NCBI GenBank assembly: GCA_045159875.1
Contig: CP067995.1
Coordinates: forward strand, 512,001-576,000
Length of the DNA: 64,000 nucleotides
Source: a cyanobacterium endosymbiont of Rhopalodia gibba
GTDB taxonomy: Bacteria; Cyanobacteriota; Cyanobacteriia; Cyanobacteriales; Microcystaceae
Reading direction: 5' to 3'
In this document: piece by piece, positions 12,547 through 25,061 of the stretch
How the letters are laid out: each line of letters begins with the position of its first letter
How positions within the stretch are numbered: position 1 is the first letter of the stretch
Position numbers and translations under genes: made by a program
Notes under the pieces: model-generated
The model's database searches: none
What the model saw: the letters and a program-made list of their open reading frames with translations, nothing else
What the model was told of the DNA's origin: nothing

Positions 12547-13233
12547 ATGAACACTATCGACGATAAAGCAAGTGTTAAAGACTATTTCAATGCCATTGGG
12601 TTTGACCGTTGACACAGGATTGACGGAGATGCAGAGGTGAATAAAATTCAAGAGGACATTCATCTCGGACATCAGCAAAGCATTGATACTGTGGTAGACT
12701 GGGTAAAGGCTGAAGAAAATATCAGCAGTTTGTCTATTTGTGACGCGGGGTGTGGTGTGGGGAGTTTAAGCATTCCCTTAGCTCAAACAGGGGCTAAAAT
12801 CCTTGCCAGTGATATTTCCCCGAAAATGTTGGAAGAAGCCGCCCGAAGAGCTCAAAAATCTCTGGAAGATGCCAGTAATGTCGTCTTTGCAGTTCAAGAC
12901 TTAGAAAGCTTGTCGGGTCAATATCAGACCGTTATTTGGATTGATGTTCTGATTCATTATCCCACCGAAGATGCAGCTAAAATGATTGCCCATCTTGCCT
13001 CGTTAGCAACGTCTCGTCTAATTTTTAGTTTTGCTCCTAAAAACCTTTGTTTAACAATTCTCAAGAAAATTGGCAAATTTTTTCCAGGACCTAGTAAAAT
13101 CACTCGTGCCTATCAGCATAGAGAAAAGGATGTCATTGCTATTCTGGAAAACAATGGTCTAAGAGTTAAACGCGAAGCCATGACCAGTTCGCGTTTTTAT
13201 TACTCTCGAATTCTAGAGACGACCCGAAGTTAA
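12547..13233 (+). pseudogene. chlM: Mg-protoporphyrin IX methyltransferase interrupted by one TGA at codon 22; the remainder (12637-13233) is open
   Basis: MNTIDDKASVKDYFNAIGFDR*HRIDGD-VNKIQ...DAGCGVGSLSIPLA...DVLIHYP...GPSKITRAY; TGA at 12610-12612 replaces the Trp of GFDRW. Confidence 0.9.
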
Positions 13234-13274
13234 TTCCTCGATCTTACTTAACTTTTAACTCATATTTGTTGATT

Positions 13275-14048
13275 ATGGCCATTACCCTTCAATGCATTAT
13301 TGAGGCCAAACGGCAAGGCCGTCTCTTAACTGTCCTCACTGCTTGGGATTACGCCATTGCTCAACTCCTGGACATAGCAGGGGTTGATATTATTCTAGTA
13401 GGGGACTCCCTGGCAATGGTGGCCTTGGGACATAAAACTACATTACCCTTGACCCTTGAAGAGATGTTACACCATGGAGGGGCAGTGAGGCGTGGAGTCA
13501 AACGGGCTTTCTTAGTGTGTGATTTGCCCTTTTTGAGTTATCAAGAAAGTGTTAGCCAAGCTATTCACACGGCGGGGCGAGTATTGAAAGAAACAGAGGT
13601 TCAAGCGGTGAAACTCGAAGGAGGACACCCAGCCGTGGTGGAAACGGTTGCTCAATTGACGGCTATTGGTATTCCAGTGATGGGTCATGTGGGGTTAACT
13701 CCCCAGTCGGTGCATCGCTTAGGATATCGCCAACAGGGACAAACTGAAACTGACGCAAAACGAATTATCTCCGAAGCGATCGCTTTATCAAAGGCGGGGG
13801 CATTTGCAGTTGTTCTTGAGCATATTCCATCTAATTTAGCAAAGATTATTACTAATCAACTTTCTATCCCAACTATTGGTATTGGCGCAGGCTCTGACTG
13901 TGATGGTCAGGTATTGGTTACTGCTGATTTACTGGGATTATCAGAAAAAAAACCCCCTTTTGCTAAATCTTATACCAATTTACGGCAAATTATTACTGAA
14001 GCAGTAAAAGAGTTTTCTAGGGAAGTACGCGATGGGGAATTTCCCTAA
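13275..14048 (+). CDS. panB: 3-methyl-2-oxobutanoate hydroxymethyltransferase
   Basis: [27 protein letters not shown] and GIGAG..CDGQVLV motifs. Confidence 0.97.
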   Translation: MAITLQCIIEAKRQGRLLTVLTAWDYAIAQLLDIAGVDIILVGDSLAMVALGHKTTLPLTLEEMLHHGGAVRRGVKRAFLVCDLPFLSYQESVSQAIHTAGRVLKETEVQAVKLEGGHPAVVETVAQLTAIGIPVMGHVGLTPQSVHRLGYRQQGQTETDAKRIISEAIALSKAGAFAVVLEHIPSNLAKIITNQLSIPTIGIGAGSDCDGQVLVTADLLGLSEKKPPFAKSYTNLRQIITEAVKEFSREVRDGEFP

Positions 14049-14860
14049 TTCAATAAAAATTTCTTAATTGCAATAGCAACTCCATCTTGTTCTACAGTAG
14101 GAGCTACCCATTTAGCCATCTTCTGTACTTCTATAGGTGCATTCCCCATAGCCACCCCTAACCCTACATACTCTAACATTTCAGCATCATTGAAATTATC
14201 CCCAATAGCCATGATTTGGCTGGCTTCAAATCCCAATAGTTCCTCAGCTACAAAACGAGTGGCATAACCTTTACTTGCTTGAGGATGGGTAGCTTCAAAA
14301 TAAATTTCAGTAGACTGGGTTAAACAAAGTTGATCACGAGGGTAAACTTTTTGTAAATCTCTGAGAAGTGTATTTATTAACTGAGGTTGAGCAATAGCTA
14401 AAATCTTTGTGGTTGGTAAATCAAGAATATCTCGTAAATCTTTTACTACTAAAGGTTCTATGCCTGATCGCTGTTGATAAGCTCGGGTACGAGAAGTAAC
14501 ATTACGCACGTATAAACGATCGTCAATATAGCAGTGAAGATCAATTTCTTGATTCCATTGAGGTCGCTCAAAATATTCCAATACTTGTAAAGCGACAGCC
14601 GTAGGCACAGGAAAATGCTTATAGCGAGCCCCCGTGATGGGACACTGAACCCATGCCCCATTGTAGGCGATAATCGGTAATTGGGAACCGATAGCCTGAT
14701 GAAAACGCAACGCAGAATGATACATACGACCTGTGGCTAAAGCAACTTGAATCCCGTTAGCTTGAGCTTTAGAGATCGCTTGTTTAACCGCCTCAGTAAC
14801 CTCATTTGATTCACCTGCAATTGTTCCATCAATATCTAGCATCAATAAGCGAATGTTCAC
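14045..14860 (-). CDS. Cof-type HAD-IIB hydrolase (probable GTG start at 14860)
   Basis: LDIDGT, LATGR, SKG, GDNFND and AMGNA motifs. Confidence 0.92.
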   Translation of the reverse strand: MNIRLLMLDIDGTIAGESNEVTEAVKQAISKAQANGIQVALATGRMYHSALRFHQAIGSQLPIIAYNGAWVQCPITGARYKHFPVPTAVALQVLEYFERPQWNQEIDLHCYIDDRLYVRNVTSRTRAYQQRSGIEPLVVKDLRDILDLPTTKILAIAQPQLINTLLRDLQKVYPRDQLCLTQSTEIYFEATHPQASKGYATRFVAEELLGFEASQIMAIGDNFNDAEMLEYVGLGVAMGNAPIEVQKMAKWVAPTVEQDGVAIAIKKFLLN

Positions 14861-15011
14861 AAAGTGTTCCCAGTTAATTCTTGTTTTCTGAAAGAAGATC
14901 TTGCTTGGAGATTCGACATAACCATTGCGGAGTAATCTATGGATTGTTCTATAGATCAACAACAATTGAACTAAATCAAAATTAATATTCTATTAACCTT
15001 GACTATAGCTG

Positions 15012-15122
15012 TCAATCCATTTTGAAGGCAAACCAAACCGCCCACAAGACAATAAACAGGAATACCAATGTCCCGACAGTAATAGCGAAAGTGTGAAAAG
15101 CATCAGAGTCAATAAGGGTCAT
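15012..15122 (-). CDS. Putative 36-aa single-pass membrane protein (below the ORF-track size cut-off)
   Basis: MTLIDSDAFHTFAITVGTLVFLFIVLWAVWFAFKMD*; open frame with one hydrophobic helix. Confidence 0.45.
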   Translation of the reverse strand: MTLIDSDAFHTFAITVGTLVFLFIVLWAVWFAFKMD

Positions 15123-15279
15123 CTTGAAAAGCTTAGGGGTGTTTTGGGTTAGACAATCCAAAAGGGCATCTCAAGCTATTGTGTAGATACCTTGTATTGT
15201 TTTATGATACCCGTTGTCTCAAGTATATTTCCTAAGTTACTTATTTTCTCTAGTTTTGATCGATTGTTCGAGTTATTCT

Positions 15280-15760
15280 TAAGCTAACTTGCCGGTTTAG
15301 TATATTAAAATGCTTCCTGGGGAAGATTTGAAAGGAGATGCTCTGATTACACCTAGATTGCTGTATCTCATACACTCTATGTCATAAAACACAGATAGAG
15401 TGAGTTGTTTGGGCTTTCCAAAATATCTGAGTCCTCCCTAATCCGGACATAGTCTGCGATCAAATATCCCCGAATGCCTAAAACTACGTAGTCTTCAACT
15501 TTTTTACAAGCATAATCATCTTGCCGGTCACTGCTGATGACTTTTACCACAAATTTAATCGCACTGTCTATCGACTGGTCAGATGGTTAAACCGAAGCGG
15601 TTCTTAACTAAACTAAGTGCATCTCGATCAACAACAGCAACGTCACTCCGAAATGAGACCATAATAAGTTTGCAGAACTCAAGTCAGTTTCACAAGTGTA
15701 GCAAGATGACTTTAGCCTGTTTATGTTTAACAAACTCTTGAGCTGCAACCTCGCTACCTG
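15280..15760 (-). pseudogene. Uma2-family endonuclease remnant
   Basis: AIKFVVKVISSDRQDDYA..KVEDYVVLGIRGYLIADY...GKPKQLTLS resembles the Uma2 EVVS..DY..K..Y..LGIPEYW pattern; frameshifted; boundaries approximate. Confidence 0.75.
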
Positions 15761-16980
15761 CCTTTATTTTTTTTGAGAAATATATTTTAAAAGTTAAATT
15801 CACTTTTTTTTAAAAGAAAATATATTGTACTAGCTATTTTTGGGTATAAATTGTGATCTAACGCTCACTCACTCTTCTTTAACTACTTTTATATTTTATA
15901 CTTACTTTGAGTTTACCTACTTAGATTCTCTTGATTAAGTTCTATAGATCACAATAAATTATTGTAAGCTTCTTTAGATCATTACCATTCAACTCATAAT
16001 AATATTTTATTGATAGTTCTAATTTAAAATCATTTTTTAACCACAAATGCTAGCTGATCCGAATTATGATTATTTCCAATAATAGCTTAAATAGTAAAAT
16101 TTTTGCAAGTTTTTGGCTCTGACTGAAGGACTTGTTTTTGTTAATTTAATTATGTTTTTCCAAGCAAAGTTAGATAACAACCTGGGCAAAATAATAAAAA
16201 ATAGCATACCAAGCAATTCTTCGTTTTACCAGAACTGTTTTAGACTCTCTAAGGAATCTACGTTGCTCACATATATTAGCGTTGGAGACCAAACAAATTT
16301 TTGTGTATTTTTCTAATCTTTTTAGATTAGAATGTAGGTTTTTAGAAAAATATTATTATGCTCCTCATTGTAAACTCATAATATCAGTATTTACAAGTGT
16401 TAATAATACACTTTTATGTCCATAATAAATTTGAATTTATAAATTTTATTATCACTATAGTAATGAACTATAAAACAGTGTTCTCAAAGCATTTTTTTTA
16501 AAATCGTATGAACTCTACAATATCACAAGTTAGAATATCGATAAGTACTTTATTAAATTCAACAGCGCGCAGCAATTCTACTTTATACTTCCTGTCTCTA
16601 TGTGTTCTAGGCAGTCAATATTCAGTCAACTCAGAATTTTGAACATACGCGGTTTCTCAGTTCATAAATTTCACAACTATTATTTTTACTGTTGGTAGAA
16701 TGATTAAATAACCTTTATTGTAAATATTGCAAATCTACAGATTTTCATTTAGTCTACTTCAAATTATAAGTAAGTATTAAATGACAAGCTTCTCATCCTA
16801 TTCAGTCTATGATGACTATAAGTAGAAGTTGTTATAAAATTCCCGAAGCTATCTTACAGACAGCGATATACTAGGCAATGGTGTTATAGAAAATCTTGAC
16901 AAAATAGCCAGCAGAGAAAGATCATCAGATACGTCAAGTATCAATCAGCAGACGTAAACCTACAACTTGTATCAATCAAG

Positions 16981-18099
16981 ATGAACACAGGAATCGACTT
17001 ACAAGGCAGTTTTATTCAATCTCTCAAACAAATGGGACTTTCTAATGGGCTAGCCAAAGCCTTCTGGATTCCCTTGCCCTCATTTTTAATGATTATTACA
17101 GCTACCGTCGGCGTATTAGTAGTAGTATGGTTAGAACGGAAAATTTCTGCCGCCGCTCAACAACGTATTGGACCTGAATATGCAGGTCCTTTAGGGGTTC
17201 TTCAACCTGTAGCTGATGGCATTAAATTGGTATTTAAAGAAGACATCATCCCCGCTAAAGCAGACCCCTTGTTATTTACCCTAGGTCCAGTGTTAGTGGT
17301 ACTTCCAGTGTTTGTTTCTTACCTAATTGTCCCTTTTGGAGAAAATTTGGTGATTACAGACCTAAATGTGGGGATTTTCCTCTGGATTGCCTTAGCCAGT
17401 ATTACCCCCATTGGCTTATTAATGTCGGGATATTCTTCTAATAACAAATATTCCCTTCTTGGAGGGTTAAGGGCAGCAGCGCAGTCCATTAGTTATGAAA
17501 TTCCCTTGGCTTTATCCGTTTTAGCGATTGTCATGATGTCCAATAGTCTCAGCACTATTGACATTGTGCAGCAACAGTCAGGATATGGCATTTTAGGCTG
17601 GAATATTTGGCGGCAACCGGTAGGATGTATTATCTTTTGGATTGCAGCGTTGGCTGAATGTGAACGACTTCCTTTTGACCTTCCTGAAGCAGAAGAAGAA
17701 ATTGTGGCAGGGTATCAGACTGAATATTCAGGGATGAAGTTTGGTTTATTTTATGTAGGCTCATACGTCAACTTAGTGTTGTCGGCTTTGGTTTTTACAA
17801 TTCTTTACTTAGGGGGGTGGGAATTTCCAGTCCCTCTTGAGAAACTAGCAGGTTGGATTGGGGTAAACGAGACAAATTCCTGGTTCCAGGTGATTACCGC
17901 TTCCTTGGGAATCATGATGACCGCACTTAAAGCCTATCTCTTGATTTTCCTCGCTATTTTAATACGCTGGACGGTTCCCCGGGTTCGTATTGACCAATTA
18001 TTGGATTTAGGTTGGAAATTCTTACTTCCTGTTTCTTTGGTTAACCTTTTATTCACGGCAGCCCTAAAACTTGCCTTTCCTGTCGCTTTTGGCGGCTAA
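16981..18099 (+). CDS. ndhA: NAD(P)H-quinone oxidoreductase subunit 1
   Basis: [29 protein letters not shown] and PRVRIDQ motifs. Confidence 0.98.
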   Translation: MNTGIDLQGSFIQSLKQMGLSNGLAKAFWIPLPSFLMIITATVGVLVVVWLERKISAAAQQRIGPEYAGPLGVLQPVADGIKLVFKEDIIPAKADPLLFTLGPVLVVLPVFVSYLIVPFGENLVITDLNVGIFLWIALASITPIGLLMSGYSSNNKYSLLGGLRAAAQSISYEIPLALSVLAIVMMSNSLSTIDIVQQQSGYGILGWNIWRQPVGCIIFWIAALAECERLPFDLPEAEEEIVAGYQTEYSGMKFGLFYVGSYVNLVLSALVFTILYLGGWEFPVPLEKLAGWIGVNETNSWFQVITASLGIMMTALKAYLLIFLAILIRWTVPRVRIDQLLDLGWKFLLPVSLVNLLFTAALKLAFPVAFGG

Positions 18100-18135
18100 T
18101 CTCTTTTTTTGTTAAGAACTTACCAATCAAGTGTC

Positions 18136-18717
18136 ATGTTTAACCTACTCAAACAAGTCAGCGATTACGCTAAAGGGAGTGTTGAAGCGGCTAGATATAT
18201 TGGTCAAGGGCTATCTGTTACCTTTGACCATATGTGTCGCCGTCCGGTTACGGTACAATACCCCTATGAAAAACTTATTCCCTCAGAACGATTTCGGGGA
18301 AGAATTCACTTTGAATTTGATAAGTGTATTGCTTGTGAAGTCTGTGTTCGGGTATGTCCAATTAACCTCCCGGTAGTAGATTGGGAATTCAACAAAACTG
18401 TTAAGAAGAAAGAACTCAAACACTACAGTATCGATTTTGGGGTTTGCATTTTTTGCGGTAATTGTGTTGAGTATTGTCCCACCAATTGCCTATCCATGAC
18501 GGAAGAATATGAACTAGCGACCTACGACCGTCACGAACTCAATTATGATAATGTTGCCCTTGGACGGTTGCCTTATAAAGTAACCCAAGATTCAATGGTA
18601 ACTCCCTTACGAGAGTTAGTATATCTACCTAAAGGGGTATTTGACCCTCATGATTTACCCTCAGGAAGTCAACGGGCAGGAAAGCGTCCTGAAGAAATTG
18701 TAAAAGAGAGCGAGTAA
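18136..18717 (+). CDS. ndhI: NAD(P)H-quinone oxidoreductase subunit I
   Basis: Two CxxCxxCxxxCP motifs, TVQYPYEK; position in the operon. Confidence 0.98.
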   Translation: MFNLLKQVSDYAKGSVEAARYIGQGLSVTFDHMCRRPVTVQYPYEKLIPSERFRGRIHFEFDKCIACEVCVRVCPINLPVVDWEFNKTVKKKELKHYSIDFGVCIFCGNCVEYCPTNCLSMTEEYELATYDRHELNYDNVALGRLPYKVTQDSMVTPLRELVYLPKGVFDPHDLPSGSQRAGKRPEEIVKESE

Positions 18718-18797
18718 AATAGTTGATAGTTAATAGTACAAAAATAACACTATTAACTATCAATTAAACTGAACTAAATCAAGGAGAATTAACAGTA

Positions 18798-19424
18798 GTG
18801 AATTTAGCGGAAGGCATTCAAATTGTTTCCTTTGCTATTTTAGCAACAATGGTTATTGGGACATCCCTAGGGGTTGTTTTACTCTCAAACATTGTTTACT
18901 CTGCCTTTTTGTTGGGGGGAGTTTTTATCAGTATTGCTGGTATTTATATTCTGCTAAATGCTGATTTTGTGGCAGTGGCTCAAGTCTTAATTTATGTTGG
19001 GGCTATTAATGTCTTAATTTTGTTTGCCATTATGTTGGTCAACAAGCGAGAAAACTTTTCTACTTTACCCAGATATTGGATACGTAAAGGCTTAACTGCT
19101 TTAATTTGTGGGGGGATCTTTGTCTTATTAACAACCATGATTTTTGTTACTCCGTGGTCAATTAATTCCTCTTCTTCTCAGGTTATTGATAATACAATTG
19201 TCGAGATTGGCAAACATTTATTTAGCGATTTTTTGCTTCCCTTTGAATTGGCATCTGTGTTGCTTTTGATTGCGATGGTAGGGGCCATTATTCTAGCTCG
19301 TCGTGATACAATTCCAAAACTCTTGGCCTCTCAAGAAGAAATTGAGACAGCCTTAGAATTACCCGAACGTCCTAGTGAGTTAGAAGTTCGAGAATTAGCC
19401 TTATCTAAAGAACGTAAACAGTAA
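18798..19424 (+). CDS. ndhG: NAD(P)H-quinone oxidoreductase subunit 6
   Basis: [27 protein letters not shown] and [11 protein letters not shown]. Confidence 0.97.
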   Translation: MNLAEGIQIVSFAILATMVIGTSLGVVLLSNIVYSAFLLGGVFISIAGIYILLNADFVAVAQVLIYVGAINVLILFAIMLVNKRENFSTLPRYWIRKGLTALICGGIFVLLTTMIFVTPWSINSSSSQVIDNTIVEIGKHLFSDFLLPFELASVLLLIAMVGAIILARRDTIPKLLASQEEIETALELPERPSELEVRELALSKERKQ

Positions 19425-19455
19425 ATTAGTCATCAGTAATCTTTCAACAAAAATT

Positions 19456-19767
19456 ATGCAACTACAATTAGAATTTTGCTTACTATTAGCTGCTTCTCTA
19501 TTCTGTATTGGCATTTATGGTTTAGTGACTAGTCGCAATGCAATTCGCATTTTAATGTCCATTGAACTATTACTCAATGCAGTTAATTTGAACCTTATGG
19601 GATTTTCAAATTTCTCCGATTCCGTGGGAATTAAAGGTCAAGTTTTTACGGTGTTTGTGATTACTGTTGCGGCTGCTGAAGCAGCTGTTGGGTTGGCGAT
19701 TGTTTTGGCTATCTATCGCAATCGTGACACCATTGATATGGAACAGTTTAATCTTCTCAAATGGTAA
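19456..19767 (+). CDS. ndhE: NAD(P)H-quinone oxidoreductase subunit 4L
   Basis: [25 protein letters not shown] and FNLLKW. Confidence 0.98.
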   Translation: MQLQLEFCLLLAASLFCIGIYGLVTSRNAIRILMSIELLLNAVNLNLMGFSNFSDSVGIKGQVFTVFVITVAAAEAAVGLAIVLAIYRNRDTIDMEQFNLLKW

Positions 19768-19776
19768 AAACTTGTT

Positions 19777-20361
19777 TTATTTTACCTTAGATTTTCCCGA
19801 ACCAGATGAACGTCTCCGTCGGGAATTTTTTTTGTTTTTGGTTCGCTTAGGCGTTTGTCTCTGATACTTTTTTATCGCTGATCCGATGTAATCACTGATG
19901 GTGTGACTCATTGCTCCTAATTCTAATCCTACTCCCAAGACGATCACTTCTTGGGAATATCTAGTGGTCATTAATTGTATGACCTTGTGGATAAACTGTT
20001 GCAAACTCCACTCAAACCTCCAAATCAACTGGACGATCACTACCCCAATGATGGCTACTAACATTAAAATGATAAAAAGATACAACAAACGTAGAATGGT
20101 CCCAATCAAAAATCCATGAGAGAATAGAGAACGATGTCTGATGAGATATCGGTAGGGAAGCCATATCCCTCGAATAATTCCCCACCTTTTGTATTGAATC
20201 GAGTGAATATCAAGATCAGGACCGAACATTAATCCACTGAAGAGATAAGACACTACGATTAATAACGTTAGTCTCCTATCACCACTGAAGAAATAGGTAA
20301 ATCCAACCAGTAGGGGTAAACTACAAAACGTAATGTGATCATGAGTACGGCCAGAAGGCAT
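19777..20361 (-). CDS. DUF2227-type putative metal-binding membrane protein
   Basis: MPSGRTHD, GPDLD, HRSLFSHG and SHTISD motifs. Confidence 0.85.
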   Translation of the reverse strand: MPSGRTHDHITFCSLPLLVGFTYFFSGDRRLTLLIVVSYLFSGLMFGPDLDIHSIQYKRWGIIRGIWLPYRYLIRHRSLFSHGFLIGTILRLLYLFIILMLVAIIGVVIVQLIWRFEWSLQQFIHKVIQLMTTRYSQEVIVLGVGLELGAMSHTISDYIGSAIKKYQRQTPKRTKNKKNSRRRRSSGSGKSKVK

Positions 20362-20426
20362 AAAGAAAATCTATTTTTGTTGTTTAATCGTCAAAAGATA
20401 TGTTATCATCTCGTAAGAGTAAGTTG

Positions 20427-20498
20427 GGGCGATTAGCTCAGCGGTAGAGCTCCTGCCTTACAAGCAGGCTGCCACTGGTTCAAATCCAGTATCGCCCA
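20427..20498 (+). tRNA. tRNA-Val(TAC), CCA not encoded
   Basis: GGGCGAT/ATCGCCC acceptor stem, CCTGC-CTTACAA-GCAGG anticodon arm, GGTTCAAATCC T-arm. Confidence 0.97.
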
Positions 20499-21019
20499 TC
20501 TCTTTGACTGGTGAGACTCTTTCTGTAAGAAGAGCATCTTTTCTTTAAGATACTTGATACATTTATATGTTGTGTGGACGGAGCGTCTGCAAATTTTTAT
20601 CAGCCACCCACTAGTTTGTTTTTAGGTTGAGTGATTAAGACTGTGAAAATTGTAACTTAGCTTTAGTAGATTCATCTTTTTTTATATGAGTAAAAACTAA
20701 GTTAGAAAGAGTATAAACAAAAAAATATCAATAAATTTTAGAAATTTATTACATTCCGTCAACAAAAACAAAAGTTTAATTTGTTGAAAATTTTTGATTG
20801 CTTATCCGGTACGCTTGTGGAAGAGAAAACGAGCAAGTCTGCGTTGTCGTGCAGTGTATGTAGTAAAATCCGCGAGGACAGCCAACTCACTACGTTTTAT
20901 TTTATCTACTTTGATCTACTTAAAAACCTATTAGGGAAAAAATGCTTGTTAAGCTGATTATGCGAGGGGAAAGTGCAAAGATCTAGATCAAACTTTTATT
21001 TTTACTCTTAACTCATATC

Positions 21020-22373
<1,354 letters not shown>

Positions 22374-22641
22374 TAACTTTTTTTAAAAAAAGCAATTTAA
22401 CTTTCTCAGTTTATAGTACTACTTAATTGAGACGACCAAAAAAGTTGATCTACGTAAGATATTCAAGAAAGTTAAGCTTTCTTGAATATCTCTGGCTAAG
22501 TTCAATAAAAATCGGTGATTTTAAAAAAGTAGGATATAATTTATATAGAGTGGTGTCTATCTTTATCAGCAAAATTATATTCAGTTAGAAAATGATCCTG
22601 AAAACTCATATTTGAATAATTCAAAATATAAACTATAATTT

Positions 22642-22938
22642 GTGACTATGAATGTTACCATCATAAGTTGTGTGTTGGGTATATTTTTTGCTTTAATGAC
22701 CTTTTTATTTATCATAAGAATCATTCTAACTTGGTATCCTCAAATAGAATTGAATCGTTTTCCTTGGACATTAATTATTTTTCCTACGGAACCGTTATTA
22801 ACTCCTGTTCGTAAGGTCATTCCTCCCTTAGGTGGCGTGGATATTAGCCCGATTATTTTGGTAGGGATTTTTAGTTTATTACGAGAAATTTTACTAGGAC
22901 AGCAAGGATTAATTACGATGATTTTATCAACTCATTAG
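22642..22938 (+). CDS. YggT/Ycf19 family membrane protein
   Basis: RIILTWYP...PTEPLLTPVRKVIPPLGGVDISPII. Confidence 0.92.
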   Translation: MTMNVTIISCVLGIFFALMTFLFIIRIILTWYPQIELNRFPWTLIIFPTEPLLTPVRKVIPPLGGVDISPIILVGIFSLLREILLGQQGLITMILSTH

Positions 22939-23063
22939 ACAAATAGTATTTCTTGTGTAGTAGGCTACTAAAAGCTTCGGTTTTAAATGGTTTTTCTAGT
23001 TCAGTTATACCAACAAAACTTGTTACAATAGTTTTTTTTTGATGTCACTAGCCTCTTGCTCCT

Positions 23064-25061
23064 ATGCCTGAATTTACTGTATCACCAGTTGTTGAGTCTC
23101 CAGATTTGATTACCATTCAAGCCCAACCCATTCATATTCCCCAAAGCCATGGTGAAGATTTAGGTCCCATTAGCGATTTTTCCTCTGAAAGTTGGAGTTA
23201 TCACCCAGAAAGTATCGAGAAGTATTACAATAAACGTTTTTTAGTAGTTTTACATCGGTTGATTAGTATTGTTTCACAGTCTTCCTGGTTTTTTTTAGGT
23301 TTATGGTGGGATAAGTTAAGAAGGATCAAGCCTAAAGATAATCGCAAACGGGCAATCCAGTTGCGGGAAATACTGACCAAATTAGGACCTGCTTACATTA
23401 AGATTGGACAGGCTCTTTCGACACGTCCTGATTTAGTTCCCCCCAATTATGTTGATGAATTAACCTCCTTACAAGATCATATTCCTTCTTTCCCTAATGA
23501 GGTTGCCTACCGTTTTATAGAAGAAGAATTAGGAGAATCTCCAGAAGCGATTTACGCAGAAATTTCTCCCCAACCCTTGGCTGCAGCTTCTTTAGGGCAA
23601 GTGTATAAAGGAAAATTAAAAAATGGAGAAAAAGTAGCCATAAAGGTGCAGCGTCCTGATTTAATTCGACGCATAACATTAGATATTTATCTAATGCGAA
23701 ATCTAGCCAGTTGGGCGCAGCAAGTATTCAAATTTATTCGCTCAGATTTGGTTTCTATTACAGATGAATTAGCCAGTCGTATTTTTGAAGAAATTAACTA
23801 CATTCAAGAAGGAAAAAATGCCGAAAAATTTGCCGAATTTTATGGACATTTACCTGAAATTTATGTACCTAAAATTTACTGGAAGTATACGGGAAGACGC
23901 GTTTTAACCATGGAATGGATAGAAGGAACGAAGTTAACCGATATTCAAAAAGTTCAAGCCAAAGGAATTAATGCAACTCATCTGGTAGAAGTTGGTGTTC
24001 AATGTTCTTTGCGTCAGTTGTTAGAATATGGTTTCTTCCATGCTGATCCTCATCCAGGAAACTTATTAGCTATGGATAATGGGCAATTAGCTTATCTGGA
24101 TTTTGGTATGATGAGTCACATCAAGCCCTATCAACGTTATGGTCTAATTGAGGCAGTTGTCCACCTAGTTAATCGTGATTTTGAATCATTAGCTCATGAT
24201 TATGTTAAGCTAGACTTCCTTCAACCCGATACAGATTTATCTCTAATTATTCCGGCTTTAAGTCAAGTTTTTGGCAATGCTTTGGGAGCAAGTGTTGCTG
24301 AGTTAAACTTCAAGAGTATTACTGATCAGATGTCTGCAATGATGTACGAGTTTCCTTTTCGTGTTCCTGCTTATTATGCTTTGATTATTCGATCAATGGT
24401 AACATTAGAAGGAATTGCAATTGGCATTGATCCTAACTTTAAAGTCCTCAGCAAAGCTTATCCTTATGTTGCAAAACGACTCCTAACTGATCCATCTCAA
24501 GAATTACAAACTTCCCTCAAAAATTTATTATTTCAAAATGGGAATTTTCGATGGAATCGTTTAGAAAATTTATTAAGAAATGCTAAAGATTCTCAGGACT
24601 ATGATATTGATAGAGTTCTCAATCAAGCTACTGAGTTTCTCTTCTCTGAACGAGGATTATTTATTCGGGAATATCTTATTGATGAAGCAATTCATGCTGC
24701 CGATTCATTGGGTCGTCGAACCTGGTTTACTGCTTCTACAATAGTGAGAAAACAAGTAGGCTTAGCTGCTCAAGAAATTCCTTCAGACTTAAAAAACAAT
24801 GGTCAAACAACAGAACATTTAAAAAATATTTTAAAAATCCTTCAGGACACCCCAGGATTCGACCCCATGCACCTCGTTCCCATAGCTACAAAACTATTAG
24901 TTAAACCAGAAATTCAACAGATGGGACAAAAAATTGTTGAAGGGTTGATGCAAAAAGCAGTTGCTCGTCTAATTCACAATTTACTTCTAGAGTTGGATAA
25001 ACCTCAAGACAGGAAAAGTTCTGTATCTTCAACTAAAAAATCTTTACCTGTAGCCTCTTAG
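23064..25061 (+). CDS. AarF/ABC1/UbiB family kinase
   Basis: LGPAYIKIGQALSTRPDL, AAASLGQVY, VAIKVQRP, HADPHPGN and DFGM motifs. Confidence 0.95.
   Translation: MPEFTVSPVVESPDLITIQAQPIHIPQSHGEDLGPISDFSSESWSYHPESIEKYYNKRFLVVLHRLISIVSQSSWFFLGLWWDKLRRIKPKDNRKRAIQLREILTKLGPAYIKIGQALSTRPDLVPPNYVDELTSLQDHIPSFPNEVAYRFIEEELGESPEAIYAEISPQPLAAASLGQVYKGKLKNGEKVAIKVQRPDLIRRITLDIYLMRNLASWAQQVFKFIRSDLVSITDELASRIFEEINYIQEGKNAEKFAEFYGHLPEIYVPKIYWKYTGRRVLTMEWIEGTKLTDIQKVQAKGINATHLVEVGVQCSLRQLLEYGFFHADPHPGNLLAMDNGQLAYLDFGMMSHIKPYQRYGLIEAVVHLVNRDFESLAHDYVKLDFLQPDTDLSLIIPALSQVFGNALGASVAELNFKSITDQMSAMMYEFPFRVPAYYALIIRSMVTLEGIAIGIDPNFKVLSKAYPYVAKRLLTDPSQELQTSLKNLLFQNGNFRWNRLENLLRNAKDSQDYDIDRVLNQATEFLFSERGLFIREYLIDEAIHAADSLGRRTWFTASTIVRKQVGLAAQEIPSDLKNNGQTTEHLKNILKILQDTPGFDPMHLVPIATKLLVKPEIQQMGQKIVEGLMQKAVARLIHNLLLELDKPQDRKSSVSSTKKSLPVAS

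Noticed and set aside
12610..12612. TGA-as-Trp recoding, suggested by TGA at Trp positions in chlM and psaB
   Set aside because: Intact genes use TGG for Trp and several end at TGA (hisB, the FAD oxidoreductase, pyrF). TAG also replaces Trp in psaB, which fits G-to-A mutation.
11395..12678. Minus-strand ORFs 11395-11619, 12039-12227 and 12436-12678
   Set aside because: They are antisense shadows of the psaA/psaB and chlM remnants.
20790..20900. GC-richer patch downstream of tRNA-Val considered as an integrated element or ncRNA
   Set aside because: No integrase, att duplication or convincing secondary structure was seen.
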